Shown here piece after piece: positions 48,913 to 61,569 of a stretch of DNA of 64,000 nucleotides (its first letter is position 1; every line of letters starts with the position of its first letter). Source of the stretch: Octopus sinensis (lineage: Eukaryota); assembly GCF_006345805.1 (NCBI RefSeq), contig NC_043000.1, positions 89,404,001 through 89,468,000 of the forward strand, given 5' to 3'. The notes below the pieces were generated by a model that was given only the letters and a program-made list of their open reading frames with translations, was not told where the DNA came from and made no database searches. The translations under genes and the position numbers were made by a program.

Positions 48913-49115
48913 TAGTCGCCACGATAGATCGTTAGCCACTACATACATTTTTTCTCTCTTTTTTTCTCTCCTTGTTTTTTCTGTATCCCTTTCTGTAGAA
49001 GAGCGTAGGCTCGAAACGTAAAAGACGTTTTCTATTCCTGAGCGTTATACTAATACATCTGTTTATTTTCTACACCACCTGTCTTCGTCTTTTGTTTTTT
49101 TCGTAAACTCTCCCT
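48912..49115 (+). mobile_element. Short (AT)n-embedded element with variant hammerhead
   Basis: CUUU-CUGUAGA-A-GAGC-GUAG-GCUC-GAAAC-GUA-AAAG at 48989-49024. Confidence 0.75.
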
Positions 49116-50173
49116 ATATATATATAATTTCAGTTCCCTCCTTGTGCTATTATTAACACGCAACGCACTACAACTGGTTGTACAATCACCCACAAACACC
49201 CACAGGTATATGAATATATGTCCGAGTGCATATAGTTATGTCAAACTATGATGGCTTCATTTAATCGTATTTATGTACGATATATGTATATGTACATAAA
49301 ATGTCAGTTCACTTTTTGTGCTATTTGTAACACGTAACGCAGTACAACCGGTTGTATGTTCAAGCTGTGTACGAAATAACTCTTTGGTAAGAAAGATGGC
49401 TTTCGTTAAGATAAATGAGTTCTCTAGAATCACCGGCCATACATCAGATGTGAGTGAGAGACCCCTAGTCCTTGCTTAGATATCTCTCAAGGACAAAGAA
49501 AACTCTAATGTAATACTTGCAGACAGTGGTATCGACTAGTTTTTCTTTAGGCAATTGAATATCTTGTACATAGAGTGAGATTGGTCCTAGACAAGACCTT
49601 TCATATTGCTGTTAAAAAATGTTCAGACACAAGCATCGCTTGATTTTTAGCATGTCTATTGACGTCTCTTATATTATGTCACATATTTTGGTTTTGCGTA
49701 ACCGAAAAAAGCCAGAATACTGAATCAACATTCCTCGATATAATTATGGCATGTCTGAGCGTGGGCAGTAAAATATCTCAACACCTGCTGTAAGTGGGGT
49801 CCATTGTTCTATTTTTGTCACATTTGTGCAAAAGTATGTAGGTTCCTTGCAGGTCTCAAACGCCATACCCGTGCTGCTTTAAGAGTCATATACATAGATA
49901 GACAGACAAACAGACAGACAGACAGATAGATAGATAGATAGATAGACAGACTCAGACACACGCACACACGTACATACATAGACTCAAAAATACACACATG
50001 CACACATATATACATACACATACATATATATATGCATACGTATACTTATATGTATGTATACGTAGAGGTATATGTATATATACATATATATATATACATA
50101 TGCCTATACATATATACGTATATATGTATATATATATATATGTGTGTATGTGTGTGTGTGTGTGTGTGTGTAT

Positions 50174-50213
<40 letters not shown>

Positions 50214-50215
<2 letters not shown>

Positions 50216-50505
50216 CACTCCATCAGTTACGACAACGCAGGTTCCAGCTGATTTGATCAAAGGAGCAGCCTACTCGTAAAATTAACATGCAAGTACCCTT
50301 AACATAATTTTCAGGGAGATTCAGAGTGACACAGGGTGGTATACGGCCGGCCCTTTGATGTACAGGTACTACTCATTTTTACTAGTTGAGGGAAGTGGAG
50401 AAAACTGAAACAAAGTCTCTTGCTCAAGGTGACAATACGTCACCTGGAATTCAACTCATGACCTTAAGATCGTGAGCTGAATACCCTAGCCAGTAAGCCA
50501 CGCGC
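50214..50505 (-). mobile_element. tRNA-derived SINE family C
   Basis: Homologous to 17700-18005. Confidence 0.75.
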
Positions 50506-50534
50506 TGTAGCCACACACACACACAGACACACAG

Positions 50535-50582
<48 letters not shown>

Positions 50583-50592
<10 letters not shown>

Positions 50593-51170
50593 AATTGAGG
50601 ATAAAATCTTTATAAGAAATTATTATCAGTAGTTAGCGTGAAAAACCTCGTAAGAGAAAAAATCCCTAAATTTTTCCACTTTGAAAATATTTATTTATAT
50701 TATATTGAGGGTACTACTATTCGTAGATACCATACGCTAAGAGGGACCAATGCGGTCAAAACTACTAAAATAAACAAAATTTTACCGAATGCAAAACTTC
50801 AAAGCAAATCATTTAAAAAAATAATTTAGTTACATATCACCTGTGATTTCGCAATTAATGCAGAATATGCATTCTATGTTCATCAGTGCAACAAACTCAA
50901 GATATATAAGAAAAAACATAACGTTACAAACTCGATAGCCAACCGTAGAATTCGTCGTAGCATGTACGAATGTTTATCTTTACATATCTATGAAAATGGC
51001 GGGCTTATTCGCAATGCATTTCGGCAACAAATTGCTTACTTGGAATAAAAATTCAGTATTGAACTATTCCGGTGAAAAATATATATTTACAATTGAGGAT
51101 AAAATCTTTTTAAGAAATTATCAGTAGTTAGCGTGACAAACCTCGTATGAGAAAAAATCCGTAAATTTTT
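50583..51170 (-). mobile_element. Hammerhead-bearing monomer with ~85-bp terminal direct repeat (period 498 bp)
   Basis: TTTACAATTGAGGATAAAATCTTT.. occurs at 50588 and 51086; one hammerhead lies between them; the right end abuts a truncated mariner TIR. Confidence 0.7.
50829..50892 (-). ncRNA. Type I hammerhead ribozyme motif
   Basis: Reverse complement reads GUUGCA-CUGAUGA-ACAUAG-AAUGCA-UAUUC-UGCAUU-AAUUGC-GAA-AUCAC-AG-GUGAU-A-UGUAAC. 6-bp stem I, 5-bp stem III, AUA triplet; the base of stem II is imperfect. Confidence 0.72.
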
Positions 51171-52581
51171 CTGTCCGAATTCTGAATAAATAAAACAAGT
51201 GATCAAATATTATTTTTAATTGAAATTTAATCATCAATGTACTTTCCCTGACTATCTATGACTTCCTTCCATCTATTTACAAGCTTTTTAATCCCATCAA
51301 TGTAAAATTCTTTTGGTTTCAAAGTGAAGAACTCTGAAATGTTAGTTTCGACTTCCTCCTGGCTCGCGAAAGTTATGTCCCCCAAATAATTCTGGAAACT
51401 ACGGAGCAAATGGTAGTCTGAAGGAGCAAGGTCGGGAGAATAAGGTGAATGAGGAATTTTTTCCCAACCAAGCTCTTTGATCTTCTGTGATGTGATCTTT
51501 GCAGTGTGGTGTCACGCATTTTCCTGATGAAATATCACTTCTTTTCGATTCACTAAAGTGGGTCTTTTTTTCTTCAACGCTTGACTCAAACGCTCTAATT
51601 GCTGACAGTAGACTTGAGCATTGATTGTTGCATTAGGTGGTAACAATTCAAAGTGAATTACTCCTTTGCAATCCCACCAGATACAGAGAAGAACCTTTTT
51701 TTTCCATGAAGTTCCCTTCTCGGTTGTGGTTGAGCTTTTTCCCTTCTATCAAGCCACTGTTTACGACGTTTAACATTTCGATAGAAGATCCATTTTTCAT
51801 CACCAGTCACAAGTCTATCCAAAAAGGGTGAAATGAATTCGTGAGAATGGAGAGAAGAGCAGATGTCAACTCGGGATTTGCGGTTGCTTTCGGACAATTC
51901 ATGAGGCACCCATTTTCAAAGTTTAGGAACCTTTCCAAGTTTTTGAAGATGACGATGAACAGTTGTATGGTTTCAACTCATATTTTTTTTTTGCCAATTC
52001 TTCAACTGATAATACAGGATTTTCTTCAAATAATGCCTCAAGGAGCTTATCATCAAACTCAACTGGACGTCTTGTTCGATCTTCACCTTCAAGGCTGAAA
52101 TCTCCACTTCTGAATTTTGCAAACCATCTCCTGCAAGTTCTTTCACTCAAGCATTCTTTCCCATAAACTGAGTATATGTTTCGAGTCGCTTCGGCTGCAG
52201 AGTTCCCTTTTTTGTACTCATATGTGGCTTAAATGCTCTTTGGATATGTCCATGTTAGAAAGGATTTTAATCAAAGAAATTTTAATTCTGTTATTCTGTT
52301 TCCCATTAACTGAGTATATGTTTCGAGTCGCTTCGGCTGCAGAGTTCCCTTTTTTGTACTCATATGTGGCTTAAATGCTCTTTGGATATGTCCATGTTAG
52401 AAAGGATTTTAATCAAAGAAATTTTAATTCTGTTATTCTGTAAAATAATATTTAATTAGTTTAAATGTACACAAATGCATAAAAATAATTTTAATTCCAT
52501 TAGACTTTCTGAACTACTATTAAATTTCATTTATTTTTTTAAAATTAGGTAAAATCGGACAGAACTTATGGGATGACCTGA
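51165..52581 (-). mobile_element. Mariner element, decayed, with one intact TIR
   Basis: The TIR at 52551-52581 plus TA has reverse complement TA|TCAGGTCATCCCATAAGTTCTGTCCGATTTT; only TTCTGTCCGA remains at the other end (~51169). Peptides: RTCRRWFAKFRSGDFSL, FLDRLVTGDEKWIFY, YSPDLAPSDY and FYIDGIKKLVNRWKEVIDSQGKYIDD. Confidence 0.9.
52157..52441. repeat. 142-bp tandem duplication over the mariner transposase start
   Basis: Two near-identical copies start at 52157 and 52299. Confidence 0.9.
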
Positions 52582-52619
52582 TATATTATATGATATTTAT
52601 ATATATATATATATATTAT

Positions 52620-52651
<32 letters not shown>

Positions 52652-52660
52652 GCATATACT

Positions 52661-53232
52661 CAGCGCCGCCACAATAAAATGAGTGTGTACCTTCATTGGG
52701 TATTATGCTGTAAACATCAATATGAAGTAACAGAGAGCTGGTATGAGCATCTACGAAGTTAAATTATACAGGAGGATAGAAAAGTAGCGATACTCTGGGA
52801 CTATGATTTTCAGACGGATTGTGTAATCGAAAACCGTCGGCCGGATATTGTCATATTGAGTAAGAGAGACAAATACTGTCAGATCATAGATGTAGCCATA
52901 CCAAATGACATGAATGTTGTGAGTAAAGAGGTTGAAAAGATCACCAAATACTCCGAATTGAAAGCTGAAATAGCAAGAATGTATGGAATGCGAGAGGGTA
53001 ATGTGAAAGTGATACCAGCGGTGATCGGAACGTTGGGCTCAATCCCACTGGAACTACAAGACCTCTTAAGGTAACTGGAAATCCCATGCAAAATTGATGT
53101 CTTGCAAAAAGCAGCTTTATTGGGCACAGCGCATATCTTAAGGAAAGTATTATCTGTCTAAGGTCCTTGTTGTGACTTGACAGATTACTAAAGATTCCGA
53201 TGCAGTTTTACCTACACTGTGTTACGAAGGAC
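52661..53232 (+). mobile_element. R4/Dong-type LINE 3' end (RLE domain), followed by (TAA)n
   Basis: Peptides RRHNKMSVYLHWVLC, ILWD..QTDCVIENRRPDIVI, CQIIDVAIPNDMNVVSKEVEKITKYSEL and LQKAALLGTAHILRKVL. Confidence 0.85.
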
Positions 53233-53269
53233 TAATAATAATAATAATAATATAATAATAATAATAATA

Positions 53270-54060
53270 TGCCTTGAATAGAATTTATAAACATTTAATG
53301 CATTGCTATGCGCGTTTCCACAAATAACATGTCTCTTAAGATCACAGTCCGTATTCTTAGGATGATTGCTGTGCAGTCCGTAGTATCCATGGGCATCGAG
53401 TACATCATCATCATGGATTCATTTCGTCGGATGATATAACATTAATGGATGTACAACACAGGGATGCTTATCCCTTTTGATCAGTATGGAGGATGACTGA
53501 GTTATGTGGGTATTTTTATTTGTATTTGGTAGGGAGGAGGGGAAAGTGATGGAAAGAAAGGAAGGAATGTTAGTTACATGGGAATGGAGGTGAGTGTAGT
53601 GGTATTGAACGTATTTTCCTATTCATTCAGCAGATGTCAAGGATGGGTAGTACATTCTATTGTTTGATCTAATTTAAGACACGACTCTCTTCGATGGATT
53701 CTGAAGTCAACAGGTCATCCAGAACTGCCTCTATAGTCATCAGCTGTTGGGATTTATTGACTGAACTGACAACGGATATTTTCTGAGGGTGATCTTTTCT
53801 ATGTTTCTAGTGGTATAATGTATAGCATCCTAAATATTGATTGTTCGTTTATTTATTTGCATTCCTTCCTTCCTCTATAATGTGTTAAATGCGGTTGATA
53901 TTATCTCGTTTCAAAATGTTTTTTTTTATATCTACATAATATGATCACCTCTAATTGCCTATTTATCACTTTTTACCTGCAAGTGATTATTTCCAAGGTT
54001 TCTTCTAGGCATAAGTTGCATACCCATGATGTTACATTGTATGGTGCAGCATTTTTAAGC
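53270..54060 (-). mobile_element. Penelope-like element 3' remnant (GIY-YIG C-terminus and downstream non-coding part)
   Basis: Minus frames give KNAAPYNVTSWVCNLCLEE and VINRQLEVIILCRYKKKHF, similar to the recalled CNLCL.EK...LNKR.E...CRH motif. Confidence 0.65.
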
Positions 54061-54064
54061 CTCT

Positions 54065-54710
54065 CTATTAAGATACACACGGGCAATGCAACGAATATAG
54101 CAGAAACAGCCTAACCTTGCGTGGAATACAGGAGTAAGGGATCTGTATATTTAAATATCAACTGAGTTCGTCCACTTATGAAAAGCCATACTTTCAGCTG
54201 ATCAGGTAAAAATAACACGTTTAACATCTATTTCTGAAATATTCGTCACATTACTTCGTGTGCGTTCTTTACTTTAAACGTCCCTGCGACATTCGGAAAA
54301 AAAAAACTATCGTGAGCCAGTAACAATTTAAATCAAAGAAGTATTATTACCGTTATTAATAATAATAATGATAATAATCAAGTGGCGAGCAAGTTTACAC
54401 CTTTACACCTTTGTAGATAAAATATAAATTAAATTCAGATACAATAGGGTATTTAAATACCACTTACTACAAACAGAATCATCGCTCCAAAACCACCAAT
54501 AACTCACTATTAAGATACACACGGGTAATGCAGCGAATATAGCAGAGTTATTGGTGGTTTCACAGCGATGGCACTGTTTATAGCAAGTGGTATTTAAATA
54601 TCCTATTGTATCTGAATTTTATTTATATTTTACCTGTAAAGGTGTAAATTGCTAGCCACCTTATTATTATCATTATTATCATTAATAACAGTAATAATAC
54701 TTTGATTCAT
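54065..54710. repeat. 442-bp permuted monomer with ~40-bp terminal redundancy plus inverted partial copy (54547-54710)
   Basis: CTATTAAGATACACACGGG occurs at 54065 and 54507; 54547-54710 is the reverse complement of ~54330-54504. Confidence 0.75.
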
Positions 54711-55159
54711 ATATATATAGATAGATAGATACATACATACATACATACATACATACATACATACATACATACATACATACATACATACATACACAGAATT
54801 TAGAGACAAACCACTATTTAGTTATTCAATCAATACTGAAACAATATTATCTATAATATCCACATAGAAATTAATTAAATATATTATAATTATTAAACTA
54901 AAAATGACAAAACAAGTCAAACATTATATATATATATATGTGTGTGTGTGTGTGAGTGTGTGTGCGTGTGTGTATAGTTGAAATTCACAGAAAAACAAAA
55001 GACGAAGACAGGCGTATAAACAAGAAACAGGTATATATATAATATATTGTGAATTTTTATTTAGTGTGCTAAATTTAATTTTTTCCCTGTTGGCTTGGAA
55101 TTTTTATATTCCCTAACTATTAATTAATTATTATATATATATATAAATATATATATTAT

Positions 55160-55261
<102 letters not shown>

Positions 55262-55299
55262 AGAAAGAGAGATCGCAAGTGTAGATATGTGTAATAACG

Positions 55300-55423
55300 G
55301 CTTGCTTCACAACCACATGGTCCCAGGATCAGTCTCACTAGGCAAGTGTCTTCTCGTATAGCCTCGGGCCGACCTGAGCCTTGTGAATGGATTTGGTAGA
55401 CGGCAACTGAAAGAAGCCCGTCG

Positions 55424-55454
<31 letters not shown>

Positions 55455-55800
55455 ATTGACCGCTAAATCCACAATTTTTTATTCTCACTCTGTTTATTTC
55501 CTCGTGTTCCTTTCTGTTGAAGAACGTAGGCTCGAAACGTAAAAGACTTTCTCACCTTCGCGAGCGTCACACTAATACACCTGTTTCTTCTTTATACACA
55601 CACACACACACACACACACACCACACACACACATACACACACTCACACATATATGTATCCCCGTAACTTAGCATTTCCCAAAAGGCTCCGACAGAATAAG
55701 TACTACGCTTACAGAGAATAAATCCACTAAAAACCCTTCAAGGCAGTACTCCAGCATGGCCGCAGTCAAATGACTGAAACAAATAGAAGAATAAAAGAAT
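55300..55800 (+). mobile_element. SINE family B split at its internal microsatellite by a variant-hammerhead element (55458-55595)
   Basis: 5' half at 55300-55455 and 3' half at 55655-55800. The insert has CUUU-CUGUUGA-A-GAAC-GUAG-GCUC-GAAAC-GUA-AAAG at 55510-55545. Confidence 0.75.
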
Positions 55801-56860
55801 ATATGAATTACCAATGAAACGGGTAAGAAGGCAGGAGAAACGTTTAAAAAGAAGGTAAGTGCAGCGAAGTCCGTTTCAATATTACCCAATCGGGATTCGT
55901 TGAGGTATTTTCTTAAATTGAGGGTCGCTTATTGTCGTTATGTGTCTAGGCAGATATGTATATTTGTGTTTTGCCTGTATGCGTGTGAATAGCAAATGCG
56001 GGAGAGGCAGACAGTGACAGAAACAAAGTCAGATGCCACCAGACAGTATTTAGAGATGGATATAAGAGAAAGAAGACAAAGAATGAGAAAATATTAGCTT
56101 ATGAGAATTTAGTCTTTCTGCGTCCATAAATCAAACGAAAGGAAAACTTTCTATTAAATGCAATATTCTACTACAATTCTTCTGAAAGGAATGTGACATC
56201 TTCAAATAGTTTTCCTGAATAATATTCTTGCAAGAGTAAATATCATTAAATTGACATATTCCATTGTGTAAAAGAAACAGCGAATCCAATAAAAACAACT
56301 GATTTTTATTTTTAAAAATGCAAAGCAGACGATAACTTAAGAAGAAAATGTATTATTTTCCGAATGCTCCAACGATGGGTTGTCAGGATGGTCAAACAAT
56401 GGGTTTGCAATATATGATGTATAAAGATACGATGAATCTATATATTAGTCAATACATACATTACACAACAGATTTCACCTCAGAATTACTATTGTGCCTG
56501 TTTTGTATTATGCTTGTGTATAATTTTTCTTTGAGCTTATTTAAGTTCTTCAGAGAGTTCAAACCGACTGCTAACAAAGCGATAAGACATTTTTAGTTGA
56601 GAGAATTCCCGGTGTTTGTAAATATGTGGTTGAGATGGTGTGTTGTTTGAACAGTCGATGAATGCACCCAAGTGTGTGCGTTTATTCATATTAGAATCTC
56701 AGATGAAGAACTATTGGAATATTTTACAAATCTTCAATATGTATGTATATGTATGCGTATATGTATGTATGCAAATGTATACGTACATGTAGATAGGTAG
56801 ATAGATAGATTGATAGATAGATAGATAGATAGATAGATAAATAGATAGAGAGAGAGAGAG

Positions 56861-56911
<51 letters not shown>

Positions 56912-57171
56912 CAGACACGTACACGTATGTATATATGTTTATCTTTATACATTTAAACAAATATTCATATACATACATGTATAATATAAATGTGTGTAGT
57001 GATATATACATTTATTTAAGCATACATACACACATATTTAAAGAACACTTATGTATATACGTTTTTATACATGCTTATATAGATACATTTGTGTATACGT
57101 ATGTATGTACATACACACGCATATACGCATATATATATATATATTAACATATATATATATATATATATATT

Positions 57172-57247
<76 letters not shown>

Positions 57248-57710
57248 CATATATATATATATATATATTAACATATATATATATTCACATATATTATATT
57301 CACATATATATATGTTCACATATATATATATATATATTCGTGGTCATGCACACTTATATATGTTCGTGGTTGATGTATCTATGATCGTATATTTCTCTGT
57401 AATATGTAAGAAATAGCTAACAATGTTGCATACTTTCGTCTCGGTTAATATAACCCAAGAAAATTACTATTGAGAAATAAGAATACGTATATTTATAGGT
57501 CAATAAGAATACTCGAGTATACCTCTCTTCGGGATGTTTCCTAAGGTTGAAAAGTCAAGCTTCTTTTCCCCATATCTGAAGAATTCTTATCTTTGCCAAT
57601 TTGTAACTTCAAACAATATTTCCATTCAGATACTTATATCCCTATGGCATCAGTAGACATTGTAATAATAAAAAGATTTGATTTGAAATAATAATAAATA
57701 ATAATAATAA

Positions 57711-57741
<31 letters not shown>

Positions 57742-57751
57742 AAGAAGAAGA

Positions 57752-57885
57752 AGAAACATCCTACGTAAAACACTATCAATAGAATAACAATAAGAGCATC
57801 ACAAGAAATCACACAGTACATACCCAGGCACACAGAGCTGCGCTCAGTAGTGCAGTGAAAGCACGTGATAAAAATAAGACTAATG
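57752..57885 (+). mobile_element. R4/Dong-type LINE extreme 3' end
   Basis: Homologous to the reverse complement of 61570-61700 (CACATACCC(A)AGGCACACAGAGC.GCGCTC.GTAGTG.AGTGAAAGCACG). Confidence 0.75.
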
Positions 57886-57902
57886 AAGAAGAAGAAGAAG
57901 AA

Positions 57903-58117
57903 GAATGTTTCCAAATTTTGGCACACGACAACTAATTTCGGGGAGGATTTACTGTTGATTACATCGACCCCAGTACTTGACTAGTACTTATTTTATCGAC
58001 CGGAAAGGATGAGAAGCAAAGTCGACCTCGGCGGTGTTTAAACTCAGGATGTAAAGACTGACGAAATGCCTCTAAGTATTTTGCTCAACGCCGTAACGAC
58101 TCTGCCAGCTCGCCGCT

Positions 58118-58155
<38 letters not shown>

Positions 58156-58360
58156 TAATAATTATCATTATTATTATTATAACAACAACAACAGCAATGA
58201 TATCACCTCAGTCATTTTTGGAGAGGGGAAAAATCAATTACATCAGCCCCTAATTTCACTGGTACTTAATTTATCGACCCAGAAAGGTTAGAAAGCAAAG
58301 TCGACCTCAGTGGAACTTAAACTCAGAGCGTAGCGGCAAGCGAATTACTGCTAAGCGTTT
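57903..58360 (-). mobile_element. SINE family A monomer (57903-58116) and a second partial copy (~58205-58360)
   Basis: The reverse complement starts GCGGCGAGCTGGCAGAGTCGTT and contains the GTCGACTTTGC and GGTCGATAAAATAAGTAC motifs; no alternative tail module. Confidence 0.75.
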
Positions 58361-58402
58361 AATAATAATAATAATAAGAAGAAGAAGAAGAAGAAGAAGA
58401 AG

Positions 58403-58962
58403 AATTGCCCTGATGCAGTACTAGGCACTGTTTCTCATGGCTTCAGATCTTAACTGATTGGAAGTGTTATCATGTACATTGTTTTGTCTTGGTATAAAAG
58501 ATGGGCTACAGCAAATATTCTGCTCAATACCACAGATTTGCTTGTCAGTTGTTTGACCTTAAACAGTTGACTATGTCCCTTAGTGGCTGACAATATATGC
58601 ATCTCTGATAATGAGCAGAAGTAGTGGGGGAGCATCATAGCCATGTGTTGAGAGGGATTCTTTAGGGCTTGAATAATTCACCTCTGGAAACATGGGTGTT
58701 TCGTTCAACATCCTTAAACAACCGTTCATCAGGGTCCTTTTGAGCAGGATGGGCTACCCAACCTGAAGAAAATTCTAACTGGGCCCCAACTGCAAGGTCA
58801 TGCGCTGTTTATCTTGATATGAGATCACTATGTCGTGCACATATGGTTGTGATGTATGTGTCTGGTGTACCCTTATAAGACGGGTAGTCATGATGGGTAT
58901 ACTGGGCTTCGTATATTTTACCCCAGTGTCACTTTGATGGCATGCACTGCTCTCTCACCCAA
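58403..58962 (-). repeat. ~555-bp non-coding interspersed repeat, copy 1
   Basis: Reverse complement of 60861-61417; flanked by AAT/AAG triplet repeats. Confidence 0.85.
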
Positions 58963-59130
58963 CAACAATAATAATGATGATTTTATTTATTGGCCACAAG
59001 GGTGAAAGATGAGGGTCACAATATAGAGACAAATTGTAGGTGTTTACATATAATAATGAAATGTTAAAAAACAGTATACACGGGTATACACTGGGAAAAA
59101 AAGAGACATACTATGCATAGCATACACAGG

Positions 59131-59455
59131 TAAGAAGAAGAAGAAGAAAAAGGAGGAGGAGGAGAAGAAGAAGAAGAAGAAGGAGGAGGAGGAGGAGAAG
59201 AAGAAGAAGAAGGAGGAGGAGGAGGAAGGAGGAGAGAAGGAGGAGGAGAAGAAGAAGAACGAAGAAGAAGAAGAAGAAGAAGAAGAACGGAGAAGAAGGA
59301 AGAAGAAGAAGGAAGAAGAAGGAAAAAGAAGAAGGAAGAAGAAGAAGGAAGAAGAAGGAGAAGAAGAAGAAGAAGAAGAAGGAAGAAGAAGGAAGAAGAA
59401 GAAGGAAGAAGAAGAAGGAGAAGAAGAAGGAGAAGAAGAAGAAGAAGAAGAAGTA
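59131..59455. repeat. Near-pure polypurine (AAG/GAG)n tract
   Basis: Direct reading. Confidence 0.95.
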
Positions 59456-60254
59456 TTTTACATGCTTATCATTTCTCTGGAATTTACTAAGTGGTTTCGT
59501 TGTTAATGAATTGTATAGCTTCCTACAGAAGGGAAATCTATTACCAGAGGAGCAAGTAATCAAGAAAAAGCAGTCAAGTGGAACTGCTGACCTTCAGTAT
59601 ATCGATAGCATGAAGCTAATTGAGATACAGTTGTGCATGTTAATGTTCAAATCCGCGCATTCATCTTCTCCTTTCACCTTACGGCTTGTATGATTCAATT
59701 GACTTAGTATTTTCTCAACAAATTCGTGCGTTTTGCCTTTGTAATATAAGACCACATTACTAAATAACATTTATATTAACCTATGCATTGCATACAAGAC
59801 GAGTATTATAAAAGACTGAATCTACTGCCTGTGATATTGCTATCTATTTCTTCGTCTCTCTCGGGTGAATACAAGGGCCCACCTTTCAGTAGTTGCTATG
59901 TATCATACGTATTTATTCAGTTCATTGCCGCCTACTAGCTTTCCTGTTGAATATTGTAAGAGTTCCATCATTCTGATAGTGCAGTCCCTTGTTATATTTT
60001 CCTCTTGGAAAATTATATTTATATTGTCTAATATAATTCAACGTTGAAATTTTTGACAGTTAATTCCTTCATGATTATATATATGAGTTTATATCTGGTT
60101 CTTAACATCGAATCGAGATGACGCGTCTTCCTATGCTGTATATTATTATATACACAATACGCTAGTCAACTCACAAATTATCTTGTAAAGAAACAAATTG
60201 CATATTATATATAATATATATATATATAATACGTATATGCATAAATGCAAGGAT

Positions 60255-60805
60255 ATAAATTGTATATATGCACTTCTGCATTTGTCGCTGTCGGTAGTGT
60301 TGTCTGTGCTGCACTTCACATACTTGGTCCTTAACGCTTGTTCTTGAGCTGCGCATACAAGTCCTTCTCTCTCTATCTTCAGGTCATTTCTCATCATCCA
60401 TATTCACCAGACATCTGTATCTGTCTTGGCGTTCACATCTATTGCGAACTGACTGTACATTTTCCCATTCCATGCTCTTTCTTTTTTTTGTGTCCATTTC
60501 GTTAATTCTTTTTTCATTACGGTTCTGTTTTGATTACACCGGCCTTCTTCGTGTATTTCAACAATGGTTGCACAGCATTATTTATATACCACTCTAAACT
60601 GTTTTCCTCTGCTTCAATACAGTCCTTTCTTCTTGATACATACAGTCCTTTCTTAACGATACATACAGCCTATCGGTGTCTTTTTTAGGGTGGAAGGCTC
60701 CGTGTACTGTCAACAATTTTCTTCTCTTCGTAACCATTTTCATCACTGCTCCCTTTTTCAATTTATAATCCCAGCTCCATACCGAAGTGATGCGATCGCC
60801 CACAT
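60255..60805 (-). mobile_element. R4/Dong-type LINE internal fragment, decayed
   Basis: Peptides RKLLTVHGAFHPKKDTDRLYV and DLKIEREGLVCAAQEQALRTKYVK. Confidence 0.75.
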
Positions 60806-60860
60806 ATTAACTGCTTGGATTTATTATTTTATTATTATTATTTTATTATTATAAGTATTA

Positions 60861-61417
60861 TTGAGTGAGAGAGCAGTTCATACCATCAAAGTGACACTGG
60901 GGTAAAATATACGAAGCCCAATATACCCATCATGACTACCCGTCTGATAAGGGTACACCAGGCACATGCATCACAACCATATGTGCACGACATGGTGATC
61001 TCATATCAAGATAAACGACACATGACCTTGCAGGTGGGGCCCAGTTAGAATTTTCTTCAGGTTGAGTAGCCCATCCCTCAAAGGTCCCTGAATAACGGTT
61101 GTTTAAGGATGTTGAAAGAACCACCCATGTTTCCAGAGGTGAATTATTCAAACCCCAAAGAATCCCTCTCAACACATGGCTATGATGCTCCCCCTCTACT
61201 TCTGCTCGTGATCAGAGATGCACATATCGTCAGCCACTAACAGACATGCTCAACTGGTTACGGTCAAACAACTGACAAGCAAATCTGTGGTATTGAGCAG
61301 AATATTTGCTGTAGCCCATCTTTTATACCAAGACAAAACAATGTACATGATAACACTTCCAATCAGTTAAGATCAGAAGCCATGATAGCCAGTGCCTGGT
61401 ACTGCATCAGGGCATTT
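60861..61417 (+). repeat. ~555-bp non-coding interspersed repeat, copy 2
   Basis: Flanked on both sides by (ATT)n. Confidence 0.85.
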
Positions 61418-61499
61418 ATTATTATTATTATTTTATTATTATTATTATTATTATTTTATTATTATATTATTATTATTATTATTATTATCATTATTAATA

Positions 61500-61542
<43 letters not shown>

Positions 61543-61569
61543 TTATTATTATTATTATTATATTATTCA

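Noticed and set aside
48750-49360. Imperfect ~175-bp local duplication around the 48912 element
   Set aside because: Real but short and diverged, with no structural or coding signal; treated as ordinary local duplication.
53670-53750. CUGAUGA motif downstream of the Penelope remnant
   Set aside because: No matching GAAA or stem III could be assembled.
59111-59563. 150-aa Leu/Phe-rich ORF resembling a membrane protein
   Set aside because: It is the reverse complement of the (AAG/GAG)n tract.
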